64,000 nucleotides of DNA from Klebsormidium nitens (lineage: Eukaryota > Plantae > Klebsormidiophyceae). A program made the position numbers and the translations under genes. The notes beneath the pieces were generated by a model. The model was not told the origin of the DNA. It did not search any database and saw only the letters and a list, made by a program, of their open reading frames with translations. Shown here piece by piece: positions 23,788-36,100 of the stretch (positions within the stretch are counted from its first letter, which is position 1; the number at the start of each line of letters is the position of its first letter). Location of the stretch: assembly GCA_000708835.1 (NCBI GenBank), contig DF236951.1, positions 310,101 to 374,100 on the forward strand. The letters run 5' to 3'.

Positions 23788-24176
23788 GCGTTAACAGATG
23801 TTTGCATCCTGCGGCGAGCAGTACATCACAGTACACCATTTCAGTACATCACTGACGGTTTCTCTGAACGGTTGATCGATGGCAATATGGTTTGTGTTGA
23901 CGCTGATGGTGAAGAAACAAACGGCCGACTACAATGAATCCGTTTGACGACTTATAGAAGATTTCGACGCGGACCGAGCTTGTCTGACCGAGGACAGGCA
24001 GCTGATTCGATCCGCGACTTAACTTCTAGATTATCTAGATCCGTGGCTCTGAAGCAATCAATTGCTGATAATTTTCCACGCTACTGATGACCTGAAGCCC
24101 TGATTCCCGGGCATCTCCTGAGGCTGCATTCAGGCTGACCGCACGAGCTGCATCAAAGAACCGACGGACTCAGCTT

Positions 24177-27100
24177 CTAGTAGGCGCCGCCGTGCCTCGC
24201 TATAGCCGCTGCCACAGCCAGTGGGACCCACACGCAACCGACCACGAAGCTCATCCCAATTAGCGTCCCCGGTCTTCTTGCAAATTCCAACGGGTGACAA
24301 TAATCCGGGTACCTTGTGAATTCACCACCCCACTCCCTCGGTTCTCTGGGCCGGAAAGCCCTTGCCACCTCCGCAGCCGAGCCTTTTAGCCGCCCGGTGG
24401 AAGCGCCCCGAGCACTCCTCAGTACGGGGCGCATTCGTTGAGCCCATTCCTTGCCGCGCGTCTGCCAGCTGTCGTCCCATTCGCGTCGCGAAATAAGGGG
24501 TGCATCTGAGGACAACGTGAGCATGCGCTTCACGTTCCAGGGGGCCAGGATGCGGCTGCAGAGCTGCCCGGCGAGCAGCCCCATGGGGATGTGCTGTCCC
24601 GGAGGAACCTTGAGCTTGGACCACTCTCGACCGATGCACCTGTGAACCACCTGAAGAATGGCAACCGAGGAAAGACTGTCATTGAGACATGGACGCGACA
24701 AAAGTGGAGCGCGGCACTTTGGCAGAGGGCCGAAGTGGACGGCTTTGCCTGAGAAACCGTTGCTGAGGTGATTTGCGGACGACGAAGGGGCTGATTCATC
24801 CGAGTGGGAGCAGTTTCCACTCGAAACCAATTTAGATTGTCAGAAGCTTATATTAAACAACGAAGGCGACAGTGGCTCGAAGAACTTCCTGGGCTCAAGA
24901 CCCTGGACCGCGGGTTTTATGCAACATCGGAGAACGATTTTCCTTTCCCAAGCTGATCGTACTTCAAGGATACCTACAAACATCAGGTCGGACATCATAA
25001 ACCTAAAGACGCTCTTCAACAAGACTCCTCACCTTCGCAGAAAAGGCTTCGCTCTGCCACTCCGTTCGCCACGGATCTTCGCTTTTTTGCATGGAGATGG
25101 GCAGCCACGTGCCTCCCGCCACCGCGGCCGCGGCCGCAGACTCCATCGGGCGCAGCGCGGCTCGCCACCTTTCTACTTGGTGGTCATCTGATGCGGTCCA
25201 CTCCTGGTAAGTCTGCCCTTGCAGGTCCTCTCTTTCGTCCAAGTAAAACTGTAGACCGGGCGAAAGAGTGGCGTTGGATGGAAGGGAAGGGCGGACGCAA
25301 TGAGAGATTTTCTTTGGAGTTAAAGTCTCCCTTCCTTTCATACGGTCATAACAAAGCGCGTCCTTATATGCTGCTTTCTCGCATGTCTGCCGGTTTTCAG
25401 AAAGTGAAAGGATCTAAGCGAGTGAAGAGTTTCTGAGGGATCATTCATCTGGCATCATCTCTGCGTATTTTTGATGCGTGAGGAACGGATTGGAACCGCG
25501 CATCCTCACCTGCGCGGTGTGAAACCAGCTTGAAGAGTCGTTACTGGACATTCAAAGCCCAAGGCTCGAATCTCAGACTCATGAACCAAGTTCGATCGAG
25601 CACCTGCCTGTGACCTCAGCCTAACGATTCCCTAATTGATACATCTCGTGTAGGCAAAATGCAGGACAGCTTCCTCTCTATTACGAGAAAAGAGATTTAT
25701 GAACCACATGCTCCCAAGGAAGGCACTCACGAAAACGAATAGAGCAAAGGTAACTACGTCGGACGTGCAAAAATGGTTGCAACGAAAGAGATGTTTTCAG
25801 GCGTCCGAAGATGACAGCGATTCGAGATTCCCAGTACGGTACATCTGTGTGCGAGCTGGGAGTGAGCTGTTTGAGCATTGAAATTCTCGAGGGTGTACAC
25901 TCACCTTTCGGCGAGTCGAACCGTCGATCTCAACGTCCATGCGCCCAATCTGCTCCCGCCAACGCTTCAGACGCCACGGAGCAAAGAAGCTGACCTGCAA
26001 CTAGAGCGAAGGAACGTCTCAGCATTCTACCTATTTGGCAGGACTTGCTTGCAACCTAGTATCGTATCAGTTTCCCTTTTCTGCAGCTTCAAGCGGATTT
26101 AGAAAAGTTCGGGGGCACCCCATCCAAGCGAAGCGATGAACGTGGTTTGAACCCATTTCATATCTGGTAATACTTTCTTGTGCGTGTCAGGCACTGACAC
26201 GAAACAAAGCAAAGAAAGAAGTACTAATATGCGGTCATATGGCAGATCCTGAGCTACTGTGCCGTCCCCTCTAATCACATCACCTGAGTCGTAAGCCGCC
26301 ACACAAAGTTCTGAAGTGCAGGTCTTTCTCGCTCCTCTTCATCTCCGTTTGTGTTGGGATTGGCATCGATTCGTCGGATATCAAGAGTCGTTCCACGAGT
26401 TCCGAGGCGCGGCATCCGGGCAGTGCAGAGGACCCCATCGCTGCCTCGTAGCTCGAACCAGGCGTCCAAGAATCGGCTGCAAGATAATGCTTGCTTTCTA
26501 TGTGCTAACTTTTTGAAAAGCCTTACTGACTTATACAATCACCTAGCCAATGATAGTGTCGTTTTTGTGACATCTGAAGTGCCCCTTCTATGATCAGCGA
26601 GATCTGCGGTCAACAAGCACTCTATCCCATAAAACACAACTGGTTGTGATTCTGTTGGAACCAACACATTCCAAAGAGTTTCCTTATTTCAGCAAGTCAT
26701 ACACTGGTAGCGTCCTTCAAACAGCCCTGAACAGTGAGGATTCGAGCAGTCAAAATATTACAAAGTTGATGCACTTCATATCAGCATGTTCAGTCTTTCC
26801 CTCTATAGTAAGAAGGCAGCAGATTTGGGCAACCTTCTACTTAGGGCAAGTGATTGCCTTAGCCATATGTTGCAGACGCAACTACAAGTATCTCCTTCCA
26901 GATCATGATTCTCATTGCCAGAGTTCAGACTCGGAGGGGACGTGAACCAGAATGTGTGCATTGTCAACGACCTCACAGACTCCAGGTGTCCATTCTTGCC
27001 AAGATAAGAAGCATCGACAACTACCTCATGAGAGATTTAGTGCCGGATGATTTTATTCTCGTGCTGAGAGTTCGTCACTTCATGAATGCAAAGAAGAAGT

Positions 27101-27397
27101 AACTTTACTATCTTGCTCTGCAAAGGTCTGTGTACTCGGCCCCGGAAATCAGTCGGCTGGCAACCAGACATAGGAGCTTCAGAACCAAGCTCTGGCCAGA
27201 GTGTAATGAGCCAGCTGGAGGAATGCTTACGAGTAGGGGCTGAGGACCTCGTTGAATTGAGCCAGCTTTCCTGCTGTACCCCTGTTGTCTGGCTCGTCAA
27301 AAAGGTCATAATTCTGGGTGAACCATCCCCTCCGCAGAATAAAACTCTCAAAGAGCTGATCAGAGTACATTGCATTCACACTAGCCCTAAGATCTTG
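24177..27397 (-). CDS. Uncharacterised protein, tandem copy A (tentatively tubby-C/LURP-one/scramblase-like, with C-terminal hydrophobic helix); 5' end unresolved
   Basis: Exons ~27397-27231, 26476-26284, 25994-25905, 25248-25033, 24650-24177 are in phase and match copy B exon by exon (FILRRGWFTQ, FELRGSxGVLCxARMP, FVWRLTTQ, EQIGRMDVE, GGTWLPISM, KLxVPPGQHIPMGLLAGQLCSRILAPWNV). An additional exon around 27530-27700 (VTYL) is likely. Confidence 0.65.
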
Positions 27398-27588
27398 CTA
27401 CCGTATCTCTGCTTCCTCTACTCCCTTGGCAGAAGCAGAGGGGAATCCGGCACGCCACGCATTCCCTGCGCCATACAATGTCAATGATACATCTAGTGCA
27501 TGCTCAGCACGTACAGAGTGAGCGCTGGCCGCCGAGTCGACTTCATCGCCGCGGCCGCGCATGCCGACATAAAGGTACGTAACCCAGG

Positions 27589-27614
27589 CAGGGTTCCGAC
27601 ACAGGGTTCCGACA
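27589..27614. repeat. 13-bp perfect tandem duplication
   Basis: CAGGGTTCCGACA x2 at 27589-27601 and 27602-27614. Confidence 0.9.
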
Positions 27615-28504
27615 GAGGTTTTCGACGGCGCGCTGGCTAGCTGGTCAAGCGACCGCGCCAACTGCGCGAGTTCGTCGTGCTGCTGCCGTTGCCTGCCACG
27701 TACCCAGCCTACATGGACATCTGCGTCCAAAGTATGCTTCCCTTTTCCTCGAGGCGCTGCTACCTCTCGCCCTCTATGCAAGAAGCAATCATTATCACAA
27801 GGCTTGTAGCGTACTTGTAGCAAGATGCATACACGCAACTGGTGAACTGTGGACAAAGCAGTACCTCCAGTGAGGGTTCGAGTTGACCTCGTAAAAAACA
27901 GGCGCTCACAAGACAGGTCGAGATCGGGCGTCAACCAGTCGCCTTCGTCGAGAGCACATATGGCACCTTTTTGGTGTCGACCCTTATATGCAACGTGTGC
28001 AATGTTTGACGCCTTTATATTATGCATCCGTACAACTGTGCGCCATTCTGACGGCCGCTATTCCGAAACAATCTCCTGATAAATGCTCACGAGCAAACTG
28101 GATTCCGAACTGGCCGTCCGAAGCCTTTGCTTGGGCAACAAATTTACAGAATAGACATCTTGAGATATATGCAAGTCATCATGAATCTTGACCTTACTTG
28201 GCACGTTCTCCGTTTAGCAGCCATTGAGGCTTGCGCGCCAAGAAGATCAGAGCAGATTTGCAATGAGTATGTCCTGCGCCTCTGTTTCTTGAAAAGCGCA
28301 CATTTCGATGCATAGATTGGGTGTGCGTGCTCGAAACCAAGTCGCTAGATCCACTGGCTGATTGTGTCTTCCTCACGACAATTCCTCATGGGAGGCAGAC
28401 TTGTGACCGATCACCAACTTGAATTTGAAAAATGTGTCTTAAGCACCACGTTTTGGTTACGACCTCTCAGTACTTGACGTCACGAGTGCTTCGGGGCCAC
28501 CAAT

Positions 28505-31500
28505 CTACATGGCGCTCGCTCCCAGAGCCGCCGCCGCCGCAGCCAGGACACCAAAGGCAGGGCCAAGAAAGATGCCGAACATTATTGCATTCCAAGGTCG
28601 ACTCCAAGCTTCGATCGAGTTACTGTAGTCAGGATAGCGGTCCCATTCGTGGACACCAGGCTTCGGCGGTACAGGTTGGAAGGCCTTGTCCACATCGGCA
28701 GCATTTTCTGGAGCGAAGCGCATCTTCAGATCCCATGCTGCTCCCAGCTTCTGCCAGCTGTCGTCCCAGTCCTTGCGGGAGACGATGGGTGCGTCTGACG
28801 GCAGCTTGAGGCTGCAATGCACGTTCCAGGGGGCTAGGATACGGCTGCAGAGCTGACCAGCGAGCAGCCCCATGGGGATGTGCTGGCCGGGGGGGACCTG
28901 GAGCTTGGACCACTGCCGGCCCCACCAGTGATGAATCACCTGGCAAGCCACGCGGCAAAATAAAACTCAGATAGTGAGTTCACCCTTGATTCGAGCGACC
29001 TCAGGTGAGAGGCCGTCCTGAAATGAAGTGAATGTTGAACAGCAATCAGACGGAACAGTAATGGTGCAAGAGAGTTGTCTGGCGTTCTGGTCAAAGCATA
29101 GGGTCGGACTAAGATTGTTGTGGCAGTACGACTCTGACAATTCAAAAGAGCAGCAGCACGCATTGCGCATTGCCGGCCGGCGTCGTCTCCTTTAGCAAGG
29201 TCGATTTCGTGCGGCAAAGAGTGTCCGATTCGACAGGTGCAAAGGCAAGGCGATCGACGGCCACTGTACTTGCCTCCTCAGGACATCTATCTCAATGGAA
29301 CACGTTCAGCGTCAGCGCGAAAACATCGTCATGCATCTCTTGCCTTTGCTATCTTTTCGTAAAATATCCTGGCCCGGAACTATCTTTGACCCCGGCTCTA
29401 GCCTCCTTCAGGGGCTCCGCTGCTTACCGTTGCGGAAAATGCATCTCCCCGCCATGATGTCTCTCCTGAAGTCAGCTTCTGAGGGTTTGTCATGGAGATG
29501 GGTAGCCACGTGCCTCCGCGCGCGCATCATTGGCTGCAGCGCGACTCGCCAGCGCTCCACCTTGTGCGAGTCATAAGTCTCCCACTCCTTGTAGACCTGA
29601 CCCTTTTTATCTTCCTTGTCTTTCAGACGATACTGCAGAGAAGCGGAATGTGCTTTGATGCGACTGCCAGAAAGGAAAGAGCCTTGTCCATCCTCTGCTT
29701 GTCTCGCTGGATCTAGAAAGCTGCATCAGACTGTACACACAACGACGTCAGAGAAATTACGACGTCGACTTTGGTTTCCAAACTCGTGAATGGAACAGCT
29801 TCGTCTCCAGCTTGAAGGCGTTGATGAAAGCTTTAGATTTGAGAGACAAGAGCAATCTCTCCTTCAAAGTGTCCGATTGTGAGGGAGAATGATTGGCAGT
29901 AATATGCCGCGAAGCTTCAAAGAATAACGGAAAAATTCACGTTGGACAAGAATCGAATATTACCTCGCGGTGAGTTGACCCGTCCAGCTCGACATCCATG
30001 CGCCCAATCTGCTCTTGCCAAGGTCGACTTCTCCGCGGAGAGAAGAAGTCAATCTGCAGTGGGTGTGAGATTCTCAGCGCTGGCTCTATCAGAAATACGC
30101 CGTCAGCACCGTGTGTTCCTGCAGAAATACCTTTTGGAAACACTGTTCCTGTCTCCGTGAAAGTGGCTCGAGAACAGCTTCAAGCCAAAGCTGAATTTCA
30201 AGGCACGAGGGCCTTGACGATAAAAGCGTCGATCATGGATGAACCGTTTAGAAGCCGAGAGTAGTGATGCAGGTGTGGTTGGAAGATGTGAGAATCTTCC
30301 GCATTCGGAGCGCTGCTCCGCAACTCCTTGCTTGCGTAGCTTCGCATGGAGAATTTCACCACTTTTGAAAGCCACAACTATCAGAGCAGGTATTAATCAG
30401 CCTTTCTAGCATGGAGGCTTTAGCCAGAGCAGCTAGATCTAGTGGCATATTCAGCTGAAAGATCCTGCCAGCAAAGCACAGGTTAAGACGCCCACTGACA
30501 GTCCATCGCCAGATTACTTCAAGATGTCAAACACAAAGTGGTCTACTCTTCGAAATTCTTTGGATAACATTACTGACCACCTGGAAAGGACGAAAAGTCT
30601 AATTATATTGTCTTTACAATGACAAATCAGATCACTAGAGAAGCCTGTATTACCTGGGTTGTGAGACGCCAAACAAAGTCCTGGCATAACTTGGGGTCTT
30701 CTTTGACTGGTCCCTTCACGATGGTTGCAAGGTAGGGATGAGCATCGATGCGTCTGATGTCGAAGTTCGTTCCAGAGCCAAGCGCCGGCATCCTCGCCTT
30801 GCAGAGGACTCCACTGCTGCCACGTAGCTCAAACATGGCTTCCTGCTATGGGCTGCACGACCGCAGCTTCTGTCAAACTTCCGTTCTCTGCTTCATGACT
30901 TTCGGATGTACTCATCTATTGAGTCCGCCAAAGAGCTTGTGCAAAACGGAAGACTTGTTTGGGGAGAAGCGAATTGAGCATAGAGGTTAACACGTGGACT
31001 CATGGGAGCTAAGGGGAGCGAGAGCGGCTGTGCAAAACGGCTGGTTTGTAAGAGCTTCAGTTTTGAGATTCTCTAGTGGTCAGACTTGAGTGTGCAGACA
31101 CGCTCTATGACCTGTAAAAAATAAGGTTGGATTTTGTGGTTCATTTGTCATCTCGAGCTGACACCTTGCATTCTGCCAGATAGCATCCCGGATGAACAAA
31201 GTTCTGTTCCTGGCCTCCACAAAGGAACAACCATACCCTAATTCCGAGGGCTGACTGCATCTGATAGTGCCTAATACAAGAGAGGCAGGTGACCTAGAGC
31301 AGAAACATCTTTTGGTGAACATAGCCTACCTGTATGGCTTGTAGACCTCGTTGATTTGGGCCAGCTTTGCAGCAGTCTCATTATTTGGTGCGTTGAATAG
31401 GTCAAAGTTTTGTGTAAACTACCCCCGGCGCAGTATGAACGCTTCAAAGAGCTTGTCAGAGAACAAGTCGGAAGCCATTCTTGCCGAGGTCGATGCTGTC

Positions 31501-31801
31501 AAGGAGATCAGGCCAGAGTTGCTATCCTGAAAACAACCTCTTTGTAAAAGGTTGGCCAGCGGTCAAAAGATAAGGATACTTGAACTACAATTACTTGACC
31601 GTCGCAGCTCCGCCTTGACATTTTGGAACTCTCTGCGGCTGCATTCATCTGCATTATGTGAAGACAGTGAATGACCGTCATGTGAGTCCGGTCATGTCAG
31701 ACATGACCGGAGATCGGTTTGCGCGCAGCGGCGCGCCGCACCCACGACTTGAGGTACGTTACCGCAGGGGTTTCAGGGTTTGTCGAGAGTGAACTCAACA
31801 T
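28505..31801 (-). pseudogene. Tandem copy B of the copy-A gene, disabled
   Basis: Exons ~31801-31742, 31526-31330, 30852-30654, 30053-29964, 29632-29428, 28939-28505 are homologous to copy A. In-frame TAG at 31419-31421 (TGG in copy A), in-frame TAG at 30846-30848, and a frameshift in the (GC)n run near 29518-29525 (205-nt exon versus 216 nt in copy A). Confidence 0.8.
31687..31711. repeat. 12-bp perfect inverted repeat with 1-nt spacer
   Basis: TCCGGTCATGTC-A-GACATGACCGGA. Confidence 0.9.
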
Positions 31802-33110
31802 TCGCAGCCTGAGCGAGAACCGCACGTACGCAGCACTGACGTCAACAGAGTGGCGCGCCCGGCCCGGTTCCGCGACCGTGGCGGTCGCGGTGGACGGCCA
31901 TGCAGGGAATGCTGTTGGCACCTTCAGTCCTTGTCATCTTCTACAGAAGAAAGAGGCTCTATATTGAGTTGCTCTAGTAAAGTGCCTGCAAGCTTACCTT
32001 CGCTGCCCCTAATGACGAAGTGCTTTGTATGAAGCGTCATGCCTCAGTGTCAAGTTACATGCCATGCTCTTTCTTTCCAACAAAACGGCGTAGCTTGCGG
32101 CGGAGCATGCTTATGAGCAGGATCGATGCGAGGCATTCTTGCAACTCGAGCAGATTGTAGCGAGTTATGAATTTCAAACACTGGTACATGAACTGTCAAG
32201 GGTCAAAACATGCATGTAAATATTGATCTCTGATGCTCGATTGTAAATACTGCTCTTGAACTTCGTGAATGACTCCGAACAAGCACGTGCATCTACGTAC
32301 ACGCAACAACGTTTTTAGTGATTGAAGCATGGACTACCATGTGATCGCACTACCACGCAAGTACGAAATCTTTCAAACTTTATTTTCGTGCAGACATGCG
32401 CCACACTTTCCTGAAACAGCCAAGGTGAGCCCCAACACTGATGAGCCACATGTTGAGAATGAACAAAGGAACTTTTATCTTGACAACCTGAATTCAAGCA
32501 CTTTAAAAGGTGCATGCAGTCAAGTATCTTGAGATTCATTTGAGCTTTTATTGACAGGCCACGCTGTCTGGGCCAGCGAACGAGGCAAGACGGCAAAGCG
32601 GCCCGAAAGTGGGGCGCAGATTTAACATCGGAGGTCAGAAGACGTCGCTACGTACCGAAACCTTTAAAGACCCCGTTCAGTATCAACCTTGTCCAATCCT
32701 GCCAGTATTTCATTCAAAAGCCGTCTCCATTGCCTTTCTTGAAACCAGAGCTAATGCCTTTTTCCTCTTGAATCGTAAGTTAAGGTTCAATGTGTAGCGC
32801 GCCGCGGCAATGAACATTCAGACAAGCACTTTGAGCAGCTCCATGTACCTGGTTGTGTAACGCAATCAATCAAACGGTGTCACTCGAAACCAACTTACAC
32901 TAACCAGCTTCATTGCAAAGCATCTGTTTCCCTACTTATAAGACGCATTATAGCTTCAGCTTCTAACCACCTCGCTCGTTACCTAGGTTTGGTAACCTTG
33001 AAAACACCACCAAACACTCTGTTCGACGAAGCACTCTGTTCGACCAGACCATCCCAAGTCTCCCGCTCTTCTCTCGCTTGCGAAACGGCCGACTCGCTCT
33101 CAAAACAGCG

Positions 33111-36100
33111 TCACAAACCACCCACAAAAGCAGCCGCCAGCAGCATAGCCATTACAACGGTCCACTGCCCACTCTGGATTCCACTCGCCGCACTCGGCTG
33201 ACCCCCAATCGGCGATTCCCCGTTCAGCAACGTCGTAATCCGCGCATCGAGCGACGTGGTAGACGGAACCTCGGGGGTGTAGTTACACTGGCCCTGGAGG
33301 CTGGGCGGCCCCGTTTGGAGGGCGGACGTATACGTATACAGCTGCTCCGGGTGTTCGACGAACATAAACGCGAGGCCGGCGAGGAGGTGGAAGTCGATGT
33401 GGCAGTGCACGAACCAGACGCCCGGGTTGTCGGCGGCGAAGCGTAACGCAACCCAGGCGTTGGGCTGCACCGTTACGGTGTCCCGGCGGAGGGCGGTGCG
33501 GTTGAACGTCAGGTTTGGGACGTCACGCGTCGCGTTGAAGAGCCCGGGGCCCTGGCCCAGGATGAAGAACACGTGACCGTGCAAGTGGAACGGGTGCTCG
33601 CCTGTACAAACAAGGATCAGAAGTGATGATTACTCGATAACTTTGGGGTTCTCAGCACCTCTGCCATCAACCAAAGTCGGATCTCTTTCGCTCTGCAGGA
33701 TGCGACTATCACCGCACGAGGAAATACGAGGGGCCCCCCTCGTCAAGAACGAGCTTGAGAACGCGTGTTGGGCATGGCGCGGAACAAAGTCTAGTTCCAG
33801 CCTAAAAAACTCTCACTGTTTCCGATTTGTTTGCCAGAACCACCAACGAACGTGGGCAGGCGCGTAGAACGAGGCGGTTGAAGGAGCGCCATATCAAAGT
33901 CCAGAATGGAAAGTCGGCAATCATAGAAACGTAGAGGAGACGTTCATTAGGTCTCGCTCTTCTAGCGGTGAACTTCGAAAATGTGAACAGCCGTGCAAAT
34001 GCCTCTGAAGAAGCAGAGCCCCTCCTTCCCTACAGCATCTCTCTAACGTGAGGTCGAAGTTCTTCTTGAGTAGCGTCTGAAGGGAGAAGTTTTACTCTTA
34101 CTCAGCATCCAAGCAGAAATTGCAAGTTACACGAAGCTTAAGCGACGCCTCACCTCCGTCCTGGTTGTTGAGAATAAACGTGACGCTGGTCACCGAGCTG
34201 GGGATGACGTAAGCATTGGTAGTGTTGGGCAGGGACAGCGCCGTCTGCAGGGCCTGCCCCGAAGTCGCCAACTGCGCGAGCACGGGCGTCTGCTGCGGCT
34301 GGTAGTTGACCTGGGAGGATACGAGGAGCCACAACCTAGTTGCTTTTACCTCGATGGCGGGAAATAGATCTGTCATTTACTTCACTGGCGAAAAACGGAT
34401 CTGGACTCGGTACACCATCCTCGTCTATGGGGATTGCTATACGAACGTGTCAATGGGCTTGGTAAGGTGATATCTGTGCCCTCTCCGGATCGAAGGGTAT
34501 GGGCTATCGGTGAAGTGAAAAGGACCTTGTCAACATTCGGACGCAGAAACGAGACTTCCAGAGAAGCTATGAAATCGGACTTGCAAAAGCCCGACAACAT
34601 CAAACCCCTGTCTGCGTTTGATTGCTCGACATATTCGGTTCAAAGCTTTTCACTTTTGGAGGCGCAGCAGCTTTTCATTCAAACGTATTGAAATGCAGAA
34701 AGTTTTCACAACAAAAGCCCTGTTTCCTTCTCCTCACCCCGTTGATGAGCGGGTCCGGCCGCCCCAACGTCGTTTGCGTCATGTTGAAGTCCATCGTAAA
34801 TGTCAGCGAGTCCGCGTTCGGGCTCCCCGCCAGGTACGACTTCTGCGCAACTAGGCTGGTGATGTTGTTCGCCGAGGACCATCCGTTACCGGGAGGCGAT
34901 AATGGCTGCAGGTTCCGCAAGGGCAGGGTGTCGAGCATGTCGCACGTCAGCTTGGTGGTCGGGTCGGACGTCCCGGGCACGGATGACTCAGGGGCTGACG
35001 TCATGGAAAGCACTTGGGAGGGGTTGCCGGCCGCGTTGGTGCCAGGTGTCAGCGTGGCATTGGTGTACTGGACCAGGGCGCGGCCCTTGACGGGCTGCAC
35101 GGGAACGACGAAGCGCGGGTAAACGGCGTAGCAAACAGAGAGAACTCGGCCTTTTGAAAGTCAATCCGAAAAGCCAGCACTTTCTTGTTCTTCGACCTTT
35201 CTTTAGAGCCCGTAACCAAGAGAAAGTACGCTGCAATAAGTACAAGCGGGTCCAGGTAGAGCGGTCGAAAACGAGACTCGAGTGGACGCTCGTGTTGGAC
35301 AGCAAGCAGGACAACGGCAACTTTCCGCATACTTTCAGGGCGTCAACGAAAAGACAGAGCGGCAGTAAGGGAACACGAGAAAAAACTTAATTGGAAACTT
35401 GCACCAGAAAAGCGGTCCCGGCAGGCTTACCAGAATGAGATACTTGTGGGCGCACAGGTAGTCGGCGAACATGGTGTAGTTTCCGAACGTCTGGTTGGCG
35501 GTCACGACCACGGAGTAGCGCTGCGCGATGTTGATGCCCAAAGCGGGGACCTGCGAAAAGGACTGTTACAGCTTCAGACAATCTTCGAGATGAAAGTGAG
35601 AGCAGAATGACGGATTCGCAAGTGTTGGGCGTCGACGTCATCGATCGAGTGCGCAATCTGGACGAGACCAGGAGAAGCGAACTACGACACAAGGGACGAA
35701 TCCAAGGAACGCAATGAAACGGACGGAATCCAGGAGAATGCATGTAAGAAAACCTCGGCAGGAAACAGAGCTCTGAAATAGGTCCCAAACTTTCACGGAC
35801 ACGATTTCAGAATGGACGGCGGCTCTTTAGGCATTCTTAATAGGGCTTGTGGATCTTGCGTTACGGCAAATGGGAGAGCGGACGAGCGGTGGAGCGGTCC
35901 TTCAAATCGTCTGCGATGCCAAAGAGTGCTCGACATTCAACGGAAAGCTCCTAAAGACCGGGAAGAGAAGCGGTATTGTTTTGCCCCTTCAGGCACGCCA
36001 GTGATTGCGGTCAGAGATCTGAATCAACAAAGACGCCCAAGGACACCGGAAAGCTCACCGTGTATGGCGCGACGTCCTCACCATCCGCTTCGACGATGGT

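Noticed and set aside
27398-31421. Repeated in-frame TAGs in the tandem genes as evidence of stop-codon reassignment or A-to-I editing
   Set aside because: The BDG gene and both tandem copies end at TAG normally, copy B also has a frameshift, and only one TAG aligns with a Trp. Ordinary pseudogenisation is simpler.
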